Shown one piece after another: positions 12,914 through 24,040 of a DNA stretch of 64,000 bases. Source of the stretch: Hyaloraphidium curvatum SAG 235-1 (taxonomy: Eukaryota > Fungi > Monoblepharomycota); NCBI GenBank assembly GCA_025558095.1, contig JAIVFI010000014.1, positions 688,702 through 752,701 on the forward strand, written 5' to 3'. The number at the start of each line of letters is the position of its first letter. Positions within the stretch are counted from its first letter, which is position 1. Both the position numbers and the translations under genes were made by a program. Under the pieces are notes generated by a model. The model made no database searches. It saw only the letters and a program-made list of their open reading frames with translations, and was not told the DNA's origin.

Positions 12914-13492
12914 ATGGGCTTCTGCTGCTCCAAACCCGCGCCGCCGCCGCCGGCAGACGACCGGCCCGATGAGGTGGCCCGCCTCCTGCACGCAGGGCGC
13001 CCCGTCTGACCCCCTCCGGGCGCAGCCCACCGAGACCACGCGCCTCCTCCCGCCGGCGCCGCAGCCCCCCGCCGCGCCGCCGCTGACCCCGCAGGAGCGG
13101 CTGGCGTTGGAGCGGCGGGACGAGTGGAACAGGATCGTGGCGAGGACGTCCGAGTGGGTTTTTTTCGGGGCGTGGGAGGTGTTCTTGCCGGCTGACGAGC
13201 GGACAGGGCGTTCCTGGACATTTCGGCCGCGCGGTCGGCGGGCAGGCCGCCCGCTGGTGTGCCGGTGCAGGAGAGGGAGGCAAGGGAGGCGCGATACAGG
13301 TCCGTCACCCCCTTGTTTCCGCGTCTCGAGCGGCACGCGTTGACCTCCTCCCAACACCATAGGACAAAGCTCCTCTCGACCACGCCTCCGGACCTCTCCA
13401 TGCTCGACTCGGACGATGGCCGGAGCGTCGTTCGCCCGGCACCGCTGTGGGAGGTGGAGGAGGTGCCCGGAGGCGTGCTCCAACCACTCTGA
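12914..13492 (+). CDS. LAMTOR1/Ego1-like lipidated vacuolar/lysosomal anchor protein, spliced
   Basis: MGFCCSK N-terminus (myristoyl Gly2 plus palmitoyl Cys), ETTRLL acidic dileucine signal, and WNRIVARTSEAFLDIS after removing intron 12974-13025 and a second intron near 13155-13207. Confidence 0.6.
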
Positions 13493-14101
13493 GGGGCGAA
13501 TCGCGGCCTGGGGCTGTTGGAGGAGCGCTTGGCGGGACTGCGAGTGGAGTGGCGCGGCACGGGACCGCGGGATGGGGGAGAGGAGTATGGGAACTATCGC
13601 GCTTGGATGTGCCCGCGGGTCGGGCCGGTTGGAGAAGGGAATCGAGATGGCGTTTCCCCGATTCGATTCGTGGCGGGGTCGCTCGCTTCCATGGCGCGAT
13701 CTGGAGTCCGTTCGGCCTGCGGTGTTGCCGCCTGCTTTCCAGTGCCCTACGGCCGCTCCGGGAAATGAGCGGATGCCCTCGGATGCGGTCCCGGGGAACG
13801 GGACGAGCGAGTGAGCGGGCTTCCCGGGGTTTGGCGCGGGGCCGCGCCACGAGCCCGAACACGAGGCGCATCGGATCGATGCCCCGCGAACCGACGGCCA
13901 TCCGTCGAATGCTGCTTTTGCCGCACCTCTGCCCGCGATCGGATGGGCGATCCGCGTCCAGGGAGCATCTGCGGCCTTGCGCGCGTTTGGGCGTGCGGTC
14001 GAGACCCTGCCTTGCGGCGCTGTCTCCCGCACCGAACTCGCTCGAAAACCCCCGCCCAAGGCGCCCTCCCCACCGACCGCCGCTCCGCAACCGGCGCCGA
14101 A

Positions 14102-16451
14102 ATGGCAGTCGACCTCGTCCTCGTATTGGGCGTGGGGGCCGTGGTGTTCCTGGCCTACGTCGTCTACCTCGCCGTGCGCTACCCGAACCGCCCTCCGGGG
14201 ACGCCCGACATGCCGGTGCCCGTGCCGGACGGCGGCTTGCCCATCATCGGACACGCCCTGCACCTCCCGAAAATGACCCCCGTCATCCACGACTGGGTGT
14301 GGGTGCCGCCGCCCCTCTCCCCCGGATCGCCGCTGACACTGCTTGCCGCCCCCGCCCTCCCCCCCTCGGACCGCCACCACTCACCCCTCCAACCCCGCAG
14401 CTTCGAAATGGCTCACAAGTATGGCGACGTCGTCCGCTTCGGCGCCTACATCCCGGGCATCGTGTACGCCGACCGCGTCCTCACCTTCAACGTCAAGGAC
14501 GTCGAGGCCATCCTCCGCGACCCGTACCTGTTCCCCAAGGGCCCACAGCTGTTCGAGGAGGCCACGGATTTCTTCGGGCACGGGATATTCGTGTCGGACG
14601 GGGACCTGTGGAAGGTGCAGCGCAAGGTCACCTCGAACGTGTTCAACGTGGGTTCGCTGCTCTTCCGCGGAGAGCCCAGTCGCTCACGATCGGACGCAGG
14701 TCAAGTCGTTCCGCGACATATACAACCCCATCTTCAACGCCGATGCGCAGCGGCTGCGGGACCACCTCGGCTACGTCGCCGAGCGGTGCAAGACCGACCC
14801 GACCGCGCACCTCGACATCCAGGACATGCTGCTCCGGTCGACCATGGACAGCTTCGTCAGGCTGGCGCTGGGTGCCGACATCGGGAACCTGGCGGGCAAG
14901 GGCACCTTTGGCCCCGACGGCAAATACGTGGGCACTCCGCCCGGCCGCGCGCAGACGGCCCGCTGATCGCCTCCGTCCAAAGAAACTCCACGACATCCCC
15001 TTTGCCACCGCCTTCGACTCGCTCAACCTCGCCGTGGCGAAGCGTACCGCCAACCCGCTGTGGAAGATCACGGAGCTGCTCGACGGCACCAACGCGCGGG
15101 TCACGGCGTACCAGAAGCTCATGGACGACTTCGCATTGAAGATCATCAACCAGAAGCGCGACAAGAGGCGCAAGGGCGGCGCGGGGGAGCCGTCGGGGCC
15201 GTCGGGTGGGGAGAGCAAGGATCTGATTGACCGTGGGTCGCGCCGTGCACCTGGGATGTGTGGTGCTGATCGCCAGCCGCGAAGTGTTCCTGGACCTCAA
15301 GAACGACGACGGGAGCGAGGTCAGCGACCGGCAGCTGCAAGACATGGTGCGCAACATGATCATCGGTGGGCTGCCATCTTGTTTCAGCGCTGGTTCCAGA
15401 TGCTGAGCTTTCGGTGATTGCAGCCGGAAGGGACACAACCGCCCAGACCACATCGGTGAGCACAAATCTCGGAACCATTCGCATTATATGTTGCTGACGT
15501 TCGCGTCGAAGTGGGTCGTGTACAGGATGGCCCGTTGGTTCAGCCTTCCGCCTCGGCTGCCTGCTATCCTCGCTCACCCGCCGGCCGAACGTAGAGCATC
15601 CCGACGTCGCCGCCAAGATGCGCGAGGAGATGGATCGAGTGCTTGGCCCCGACAAGGACGCGCTTCCCGACTACGCGCAGATGCAGCAGCTCAAGTACAG
15701 TGGGTTGCTTTCTCACCCGGTCGGGATGAGATGGGGCTGATGCGGCGTCGAAGCCATGGCCGTGTTCCTCGAGACGCTCAGGCTGCACAGCAACGTGCCG
15801 CTCAACCAGAAGTGGGATTTGCCCGCCGCGCTGCCTTCATCGGGTTCGTGCTCACGCTGTTCCATCGACAGAGAGATCGCCGAGGACACCGTCTTGCCCG
15901 GCACCGGCACCAAGGTTTACAAGGGCCAGCGGATCATGTGGGCGACGTACACCATGGGACGGTGGGATTTGCGCAATGGAGAGCCCGCTGCGGGCGCTCA
16001 CCATCGATGTCAATGGAATCACACAGGCTGGACAGGATCTGGGGCAAGGACGCGCTCGAGTTCAAGCCCGAGCGTTGGATTGACGAGAAGGGCTCGGTGA
16101 GGAAGGAGGACGCGTACAAGTACCCGATGTTCCACGCCGGACCGCGCATCTGTTGGTCCACTGGCTTCGAATCGGGAAACGGAAGTGCTGATCTCCGTGC
16201 GCGCAGGCCTCGGGATGGACATGGCCAAGCAGGAAGCCATGGTCCTCATGTCGGCCCTGTTCCGCAAGTACCGCCTCGAGCCGTACAACGAGGAGGACCC
16301 CGCCAAGTGGGGGGACTTTGCGACCAAGAGGGCGCGGTACGACAACCGTGGGTTCGTCCGGCGCGTCCGCGGGAGGGGCCTGACGTCTGTGGCAGAGATC
16401 ACGCTGGCGCTCAGGAAGTCGCTGGACGTCAGGGTTTATCCCGTTGCATGA
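14102..16451 (+). CDS. Cytochrome P450 (fatty-acid-hydroxylase-like), multi-exon
   Basis: N-terminal TM helix, [16 protein letters not shown]-helix AGRDTTA, ETLRLH (ExxR), FKPERW, and heme motif FHAGPRIC(LG). Confidence 0.92.
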
Positions 16452-16616
16452 GGAGACGATCTTTGTTTTTGGACAGGTCTCGTGGACTTTGCGCGTGTGG
16501 TGGGACATAAATCTTTGTGCCCGTGTTTGAGTACACACCGTTGACCCCTTTGAACATTGACCGAAAGGATGAAGGAGTCCAAAGCCAACGCAAGCACCTG
16601 TCCACCCCGAAAGCCA

Positions 16617-17349
16617 TCATCGGCAGCACCTCCTCGTCGTCGAGCACCAGTTCCAGAAGCACCACGACGGCCTGCTCACGATGCAGTTCTGCCAGGTGCA
16701 CGTGCATTCGCAGAACTGGTTCTGCGACGGGCAAAAGAACCAGGTCGTCGCGCTGACGGCGTTGTAGTACAAGTTGGCCGTGTTCCGGCACCTGTTCCGT
16801 TCGTTCGCGGGAACCGTGCGGGAGTTGCACACGTTCAACATGTTCGAGTAGAAGCTCCAGTCGCATGAACCCTGGCTGGCACCGCATGTCTCTGTGGTCG
16901 GGCGATTGATTAACCCATGCCCCTGCAGCACAACCACGATGAGAGCGCTCACGGTAGCAAACATCGTGCTGGTTGCAAACGTTCTTGAAATAGTAATCGG
17001 GGGAGAAGCTGCACCCGTTGGTGGTGATCCGCCTCGACGACTGACGACGGCCCCCGCCGCCGCAGCTCCCACAGCTCTCGGCAGCGGCGTTAGCCGCCAG
17101 TGCTGCGGGAACTGCTGCATTGGCCGCCAGTGAAGACCCGTTCCCTGCCTGCGATGGGCCGAAGGGAATGTTGCGGGCCTTGTAGTACGCCAGGGTGTAG
17201 TCGTAAAGCTCCTTCGGAGTCTTCAGGTTGGCCGGGAAGTCGATTGGCGGAAGGGTGGGCATCTTCCAGCCCGCCGGAACGGCAGGGGCCGAAAGGACTC
17301 CACTGGGGAGCAGGGCAATGACGAGGCAGGCCGCGAGGAGGGCGCGCAT
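16617..17349 (-). CDS. Secreted Cys-rich phospholipase A2-like protein (copy 1), one intron
   Basis: Signal peptide MRALLAACLVIALLP; TTNGCSFSPDYYFKNVCNQHDVCY-TCGASQGSCD with the sPLA2 His-Asp motif; Cys/Trp-rich tail. Confidence 0.65.
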
Positions 17350-17713
17350 GGTTGTTCCGTTGCGGAAGGACGTTCGGTGTCTTCGGTGGCCGAGCGAAAG
17401 ATGATGGCCCTCGACGGCCACGACCGCTCTGATATATATGCGACCATGGCGACTGCGCCGCGTCAGCCTGTGGGGAGGTGCAGTCGGGAGTCGCAGCGCC
17501 CCGAACGCGTGGTAGCGGAGTCGGGAAGTGGCGCAGCTGCACCACAGCGCCCAAGCCCCGAACCCCCGACTGTCGGGCATTGTTATGGAGCGCCAAGACA
17601 AACTCTACTGAAACTAGCCCGTCGAATGATTGACGTCCCAATGCAGGAGATCCAGGAAGCGGCCTCCTCCTACCCACCGCCGCGCGCAGTCTGTGACCCG
17701 CCCCCCGAAGCCG

Positions 17714-18418
17714 TCACTTGCAGCATCTGCTGCTCGCGGGTGTGCACCAGTTCCAGTAGCACCACCACGGTCTGGAGCCGCAGTTCTGCCAGGTGCACGA
17801 GCATTCGCAGAACTGGTTTTGGGAGGGGCAGAAGAACCACGTCGTGGCACCGACGGCGGAGTAGTACGTGTTGGCGACGTTCCGGCACTCGTTCTTCCGG
17901 CTGGAAGGAACGGTCCTGGAACTGCACACGGTCAGCATTCTCCTGTAGAAGGTCCAGTCGCAGTTGCCTTGGACAACACCGCACGTCTCTAATGGAAGGG
18001 CGGTTGATCAACAACTAAGATAGCAGACCGCGGCCGAAACACGCTCACGGTAGCAAACATCGTGTTGGTTACAGACGCTCTTGAAGTAGTAGTCGGGGGA
18101 GAAGCTGCACCCGTTGGTCGTGATCCGCCTCGAGGACTGCCGGCGGCGGCCCCCGCCGCAACCGCCGCACCCTTCGGCCGCACCATTCGGGCTGATCGAA
18201 GAGCCATTCTTGGCCGGCACAGGGCCGAAGGTGATGTTGCGGGCCCGATAGTAATCGCGGCTGTAGTTGAAGAACTCTTCGGGTGTTTTCAGGCGGGCAG
18301 GGAAGTCGATGGTCGGGAGCGCCGGCAGCTTCCATCCCGGCGGAGTTGGGGACGCTGATAGAGCGCTGCTCGGGATCAGCGCAAGCACGAGGCAGGCGAA
18401 GGCAACGGGGGTGCGCAT
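17714..18418 (-). CDS. Secreted Cys-rich phospholipase A2-like protein (copy 2, tandem paralog), one intron
   Basis: Signal peptide MRTPVAFACLVLAL; near-identical core TTNGCSFSPDYYFKSVCNQHDVCY; same intron position as copy 1. Confidence 0.65.
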
Positions 18419-18665
18419 TGTGTGTTCGATGCGGCGGAAGGATTTTGAGGATCGGAGGGCACGCAGGGTCTCCTTATACGCAAGAGGTCATAGATCTAGC
18501 GTGACTAATCCGTTTGAAATTCGCTTGACTCATCTGCCTCCGAAACGTCATTGTCGGCCTCGGGGATCTTGAGAAAGCCAATGTTGAGAGAACTCTAATC
18601 TAGTTCATGCCGCTGCTACAGACACCGACCATCGCGAACTGTAGGGAAAGCCATCACACAACCGA

Positions 18666-19914
18666 CTATCCCGGAAAGAACCTCGTCAGGAACTGCCTGC
18701 CCGCCGCGACCCACCCGCCCAACCCGCTCCCGCCCTCCTCCGGCCGCCCGTACGAGCTCCCCGACGACGACGACGTCCCGACTGAGCTCCCAGACCCCGC
18801 CGACCCCGGGTCCTCGTCCTCCCTTCCGACCGGCACGATCTGCACCCCGTCGATCCACACGTGCGACTTCCAGTGCCCCGTGTGGCTCCACGCGCGCACC
18901 TCGATCCCGGCGTAGCGCCGCGACCCCTCCCACGCTTCCGAATTCGACGGCACCCGCAGCGTGCCGACGTGCAGCGCGCGCCACACCGGCCCGCCGGGCT
19001 CCATCCGCATCCCGTACAGGCGCGAGCGCGGCGCGGGCGCCTTTAGCCGCGAGATGGTGGGCGGGTCCAGGACCACCGAGATCTCCTGCTCTGTGGCCGC
19101 GCCGGGGAGCTCGTCCCGCGGCTCGGAGGGGTCCACGGCGCGGGCGGTGAAGCGCAGGCCGTCCAGGGCGCCCGAGGGCGCGTTGAAGCCTAGGGCGATC
19201 CGCCAGGTGACGCTGTACTCGCGGTTCGTGGGGATCGAGGGGACCGTGGCGCCGACGTCGAACCAGCACACGGCATTGAGGTAGGCGACTCGGTCGCTTC
19301 GGCTGTGGGGTTGAGGTGCGTCAGCTACCCAACGGCAGTCGTCCAGCGCCCCTTGACCCACCTGTCTTCGGCCTCCACCATCCTCCAGTAGTGCCCGTTC
19401 ATGTGCGCAATATCCATGTTCTCGGCCGAGAAGAACGGGTCGGCTGCCGGCAAGAGCGGGTCAGAACAGGGTCGCACTGCCACGCCATCGCAGACCCACA
19501 GAGGTCCCTGTAGACGCGCTTCCACACCGGTCCCTGCTCCTCCTCGCCCTCTTCTCCCTCCTCAGCACCATCGCCGGGCTCGTCCTCGTCGGGATAGTAC
19601 TCCGTCTTGTAACCTTCCGCCCGCTGCTGTAGGACCACCATTGGCTCCGGCCGCGCCCTTTGCCCGACGGGCCCACCTTGCCGAACCGGAGCACCGCCAG
19701 CCGATGCCACACATAGCTCTCGTCCACCAGCGGTTCCAGCGCGCCGCACGTCTTCGGGTTGGGCGGGGAGGGTCACTCTTGCGCGCGAGCGGAGTTGCGC
19801 TTCCGGCCTCACCAGCGACAGCCGGACGAGCTCGCGCGGCTCGAGCTCGACGGCGATGCGGTGGAGGAGCTCCGTCGGGAGCGTGGAGAGGGTGGGAGGC
19901 GGGGGGAGGTCCAT
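18666..19914 (-). CDS. F-box protein with C-terminal PP2/Nictaba-like lectin domain, spliced
   Basis: F-box LSTLPTELLHRIAVELEPRELVRLSL...DESYVWHRL. PP2-like motifs MDIAHMNGHYWR, VAYLNAVCWFDV and GHWKSHVWIDGVQIVP. Confidence 0.7.
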
Positions 19915-20418
19915 CTTTGCCGGCGCGGGAGGCGGATCAGCAGCGGCGAGTCGGTGGATCGACGTGTTTTACAGACGACGTGGCGGAGTCCAGCGGCCGT
20001 GACGCAGGTTTCCGACACGGACAGCGGGTGATCAGCTAGTTTCCAGCCGAATTGTCCCCCTCCAGCTCGTCTTCATGATACCTTCATCCGCGGCTCTGCC
20101 TGGATTCAGCTTGAGCAGGTCAACTTCGAGCCGGCGCGGATCTCTGCGGCGACGCACGAACTCGCCTCTGGCCCCAAATGGATGCGGATCAGCCTGCTTG
20201 ATCGGAAGTCACTTCCGCAGCACGGGTCGCACGCAAAGAGGGAATCGTCCGCCTCACATCCATGACAATTCGAGGACCTGTTGGGGACTTCGGATCCAGG
20301 CCTGGCCCAGGATCCTCGGGCCGAGGGTCTAGCGAGCTCAGAAGTCGGGGCCCACCCCGGCCCGAACGAAAACCCCCAGGAAACCTTCCATCATCCAACG
20401 AGTCTGCCAGAAAACGCG

Positions 20419-21146
20419 ATGCGCACCGCCGTCATCCTCGTCCTTTTCGCGCTCGTGGCGTCCGCCGCCGCCTCGTGGGCCCCGATCTTGCCCTGCCTCT
20501 GCCTTCCGCGGCGCTAACTCCCGTCGCGTCGTCGGCGCCACCTTTCGCCGCAGGCCCGCCCCCGTCGCGCTGCACGCCGTGTTCAAGCGCACCTGCGCGG
20601 ATTGCGACGTAACCACATTCTGGTATCCGAAAGGCGCTCCCCGCGTCCCCACCTCGGCAGCTGATCACCGCCCCCCCACGCGCAGCGAGTTCGGGTACCC
20701 CGGCGCTCCCGAGGACCACGTCGCCTGCGTCGGCGCGACCGCCGCCCGCGCCTCCCTCTACAAGCGCTACGCGGTCGAGTGCAACCAGGGCGAGACAAAC
20801 TGCGGTACCTACTGCGTGCTGGACCTCAACACCGAGTCCAACGACTGCGGCTCCTGCGGGAACCGTAAGCCGGCATCTGCGCTGCCTTGTAACGCCGCCG
20901 ACCGATCCGCATCCCAGAGTGCACCAACGGCAAGCTCTGCGTCGGCGGGACCTGCAAATGCATTGAAGGGGAACAGCTCTGTAGCGGTTACTGCAAGGAC
21001 ACCAGCAGCGACAGCAGCCATTGCGGGACATGCGGGCACGGTCGGTCTGCGCGGCCGGCAGGCGAGGTGTTCGGTCGCTGACGATCGCCGCCGCAGTTTG
21101 CGCGACCGGCTACTACTGCTCGAACGGAGGATGCGTCCAGGAATAG
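20419..21146 (+). CDS. Small secreted Cys-rich precursor with STIG1-like repeats (5 exons)
   Basis: Spliced translation: MRTAVILVLFALVASAAASPAPVALHAVFKRTCADCDVTTFCEFGYPGAPEDHVACVGATAARASLYKRYAVEC...DLNTESNDCGSCGNQC...DTSSDSSHCGTCGHVC...CVQE*. The D-x-x-[NH]CGxCGxxC units are STIG1-type. Confidence 0.7.
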
Positions 21147-21329
21147 ATCCCATTGTCTGAGGACGGCCGCTTCCTTTGAGTGCGGAACGACCAAGTAAAG
21201 GGAGGAACACTTCAGTGTACGAGCTGCATGCGAGCACGTGCGTTGACGATGAGCTTCAGATCTTGCTCTCCCCGCCCGATACCCCGTAGACTCAGTTCCA
21301 CGCCGCCAGCTCCTCCGTTCCACAGGTCC

Positions 21330-22205
21330 CTACAGAGGCACTCCCCCCGCGGGCAGCGGTATGAACTCCGTCTCGCCAGGGACGGGATCGAACCGCCCCT
21401 GCGCCCAGTCGTCTGCGGCCTTGATGATCCGCTCGCGCCGGGACGAAACGAAGTTCCACCAAAGGAACCGGTGGCCCAGCGGGGCTCCGCCGACCAGTAC
21501 CGCGCGCGCGTCCCCGTCGACGGCAGACAGCGTGGGCGAGGAGCCGGGGGCGAGGACGAACATGGAGAAGGGGGGGATCTCCTTGCCGTCGATTGCTGCT
21601 TTCCCTTGCACGACGTAGACCGCGCGCTCCTCGGCTTGGGGGAGCGTGATACCTTGTCCGTCCGGCAGCGCCATGTCGAGGTAGATGATGGGCGAGCGAA
21701 CGGGCACCGGCGACGTTTCGCCGAACGCGCTGCCGAGAAGCACCCGCACCGTGGCACCGCCGACCTTGACTTCGGGCAACGCGCCCGCGGGGGCATGATG
21801 GAACGACGGCGCCTCCTCCTCCGCCTCGTCCGGCAGCCCGACCCACAGCTGCAGACCGTGGCTGCGGCGGCCGTCGACGCCCTTCAAATCCTCGGGCGTG
21901 CGCTCCGAGTGCACCACGCCGCGCCCGGAGATCATCCAGTTGATTGCGCCCGGCTCGACGCGCTGCACGGCGCCGGTCGAGTCGCGGTGCATCATGGCGC
22001 CCTCATAGACGTAGGTCACCGTGGCGAGCCCGATGTGCGGGTGCGGCCGCACGTCGTGGTTGTCGCCGGGCGCGGCTTCGACGGGGCCGAAGTGATCGAA
22101 AAAGACGTACGGACCCACGGCCTTGCGCGATACGGATGGCAGCAGGCGGCGCACGGTGAAGCCGCCGCCGAGGTCCTTCAGCACAGGCGAGAGGAGCTCC
22201 GCCAT
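21330..22205 (-). CDS. Pirin family protein, intronless, bacterial-like
   Basis: FFDHFGP, DVRPHPHIGLATVTY, HRDSTG, GRGVVHSE, GLQLWV, WWNFVSS. Confidence 0.93.
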   Translation of the reverse strand: MAELLSPVLKDLGGGFTVRRLLPSVSRKAVGPYVFFDHFGPVEAAPGDNHDVRPHPHIGLATVTYVYEGAMMHRDSTGAVQRVEPGAINWMISGRGVVHSERTPEDLKGVDGRRSHGLQLWVGLPDEAEEEAPSFHHAPAGALPEVKVGGATVRVLLGSAFGETSPVPVRSPIIYLDMALPDGQGITLPQAEERAVYVVQGKAAIDGKEIPPFSMFVLAPGSSPTLSAVDGDARAVLVGGAPLGHRFLWWNFVSSRRERIIKAADDWAQGRFDPVPGETEFIPLPAGGVPL

Positions 22206-22546
22206 CGGATCGCCGCGGATCTGCTTTGGCGGACTATTTTCGGCGCGTGCGGTCGACCCCACGATGCTGTGGGAGACGTTCTGTGCGATGGGAGTGGGTG
22301 GCGCACCGAGCAGGCGGCGCTCGCCAAAGTTTGGACCCGTTTGAAAGCCGGCCGCGGCTCTCCCATATCACCGACTCCTCCTTCTCCTTCAGCGCCAATC
22401 TGATAGTGATTGCTTTCGATACATTGGGCGCCATCTCGGAGAGCTTCTCGCGCTGGATTGCCAGCTCGATCACGGCAACCGATGGTCGGCAGGGTGGACA
22501 ATCGTCACCCTTCACCTGGGCAGTCTTCCATAGTTTCGTTTGGCGA

Positions 22547-23779
22547 TCAGCCCGCGTACACCTTGACCACGTCGGGCCGAGCTAGATCCTCCATCACGCC
22601 GTCCATCACCCTCCCGCGGCCTTCCTTCCGGGGTGCTGTGGCGGCGGAGCAATCGTCCGGCTCCTCATCGACGACGTCCATCTCCCAGTACCTGTCCACG
22701 TGGCCCCACTCCGCAAACGGCGGCGTCTCGGCGATGGGCGCTTCGGCCAGCTTGAGCACCTCCGGGTCCGAGCGCAGGTACGAAAACAGGGAATCGAAGG
22801 GCCGCTCGGCGCCCCGCGCACCGTTGACGACCTCTTTGTAGCGCTTGCTGAAGAACGTGTGGGAAAAGAGGTGGAACACGGGCTCGAGGACGGCGTTGGC
22901 GACCCGCTTCCTGCGCTGCGGGTCGGCGGCGGCGATATCCGGTGCGAAGCGGGCCGCGTAGCCTTCCAGCACGCCCATCCGCGACGGTTCCTCGGCGGGA
23001 GGGTCGTCGAAAAAGAGGCGGTCCACGCCGGCGAGGAAGATCGGGCTGCGCCAGAGCGCGCGGCCGACCATGACTCCCGACAGGCGCGGATTCCGGGCGA
23101 GGTGGGTCCGCGCGTCCTCCAGGGTGGAGATGCCGCCGTTGAGCTCAAAGTCAATGGATGGAAAGTCGTCGATCAGGCGGTCGACGACGGCGTAGTCCAG
23201 CGGGGGCACGGTGCGGTTCTGCCTCGCGCTGAGGCCGTCCAACCACCCCTTCCGGGCGTGAACGATGACTCTCCGCGCCCCAGCATCCACGACGCCCTGC
23301 ACGAACTCGACCAGGTGCTCGTACGAGTCCCTGTCGTCCACGCCCGTGCGGCACTTGACCGTCACCGGCAGCCCCGTCACCTCGCACGCCGCCCTGACGA
23401 TCCCTGCCGCCTCGCCGGGCCGCTTCATCAGCGACAGGCCATGGGCGCCCGAGGTGGCCGATTTGGCGGGGCAGCCGCAGTTCAGGTTGATCTCGCCGAA
23501 GCCGTGGCGTGGGTCGCGGGCCGAGAACTCGTCCACGGTCCGGCAGGCCGCGCGCATGCGGTCCGCGGAGCTCGAGCCGATTTGGAGCACCACGGGGCCG
23601 TCGGCGCCGGCGTCCAGAAGCTCCGAGACGGTCCTTTCCTTGCCGAAGGCGAGCACGCCGTCGACGGTCATTTCGCTGTAGAGGGTGGCGTGCCGCGAGA
23701 GCTGCCGGGACAGGAACCGGTGCTCGCGCGTGGTCACGCCGACCATCGGCGCCACGGAGAAGCGCGGCGCGGCGGCCAT
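22547..23779 (-). CDS. dusA: tRNA-dihydrouridine synthase, DusA-type, intronless
   Basis: FSVAPM, LYSEM, INLNCGCP, VTVKCRTG, IVHARK, DusA-type LSARQNRTVPPLDY, NGGI, GVMVGRA. Confidence 0.85.
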   Translation of the reverse strand: MAAAPRFSVAPMVGVTTREHRFLSRQLSRHATLYSEMTVDGVLAFGKERTVSELLDAGADGPVVLQIGSSSADRMRAACRTVDEFSARDPRHGFGEINLNCGCPAKSATSGAHGLSLMKRPGEAAGIVRAACEVTGLPVTVKCRTGVDDRDSYEHLVEFVQGVVDAGARRVIVHARKGWLDGLSARQNRTVPPLDYAVVDRLIDDFPSIDFELNGGISTLEDARTHLARNPRLSGVMVGRALWRSPIFLAGVDRLFFDDPPAEEPSRMGVLEGYAARFAPDIAAADPQRRKRVANAVLEPVFHLFSHTFFSKRYKEVVNGARGAERPFDSLFSYLRSDPEVLKLAEAPIAETPPFAEWGHVDRYWEMDVVDEEPDDCSAATAPRKEGRGRVMDGVMEDLARPDVVKVYAG

Positions 23780-24040
23780 GCCGGGAGGCGCCGAAGCTGT
23801 TTGTTGTCGATTGTTTGACCCCGCCTGGACAAGGCGATGTGCCCATAGAAGCAAGACTATGCCGAACATCCACGGTCTGACAGCAACGAGAGCATCTAAT
23901 GTCTTGCTTTCGGGGCCGTATTGACTGCCAGGAGAGCGTACTTGGGCTTCGGGACAACACGTGACGGCCTTGTCGGCAGGCGGCCCGACCAATCCCGCCG
24001 AGCTCCGCAAACCACCCCTTCCCCCACAACGACCGCGGTC

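Noticed and set aside
21330-23779. Bacterial contamination or a chimeric contig explaining the intronless bacterial-like genes
   Set aside because: They are interleaved with spliced eukaryotic genes of similar composition on a telomere-ending sequence, with no operon-like packing. Read-level confirmation is still advisable.
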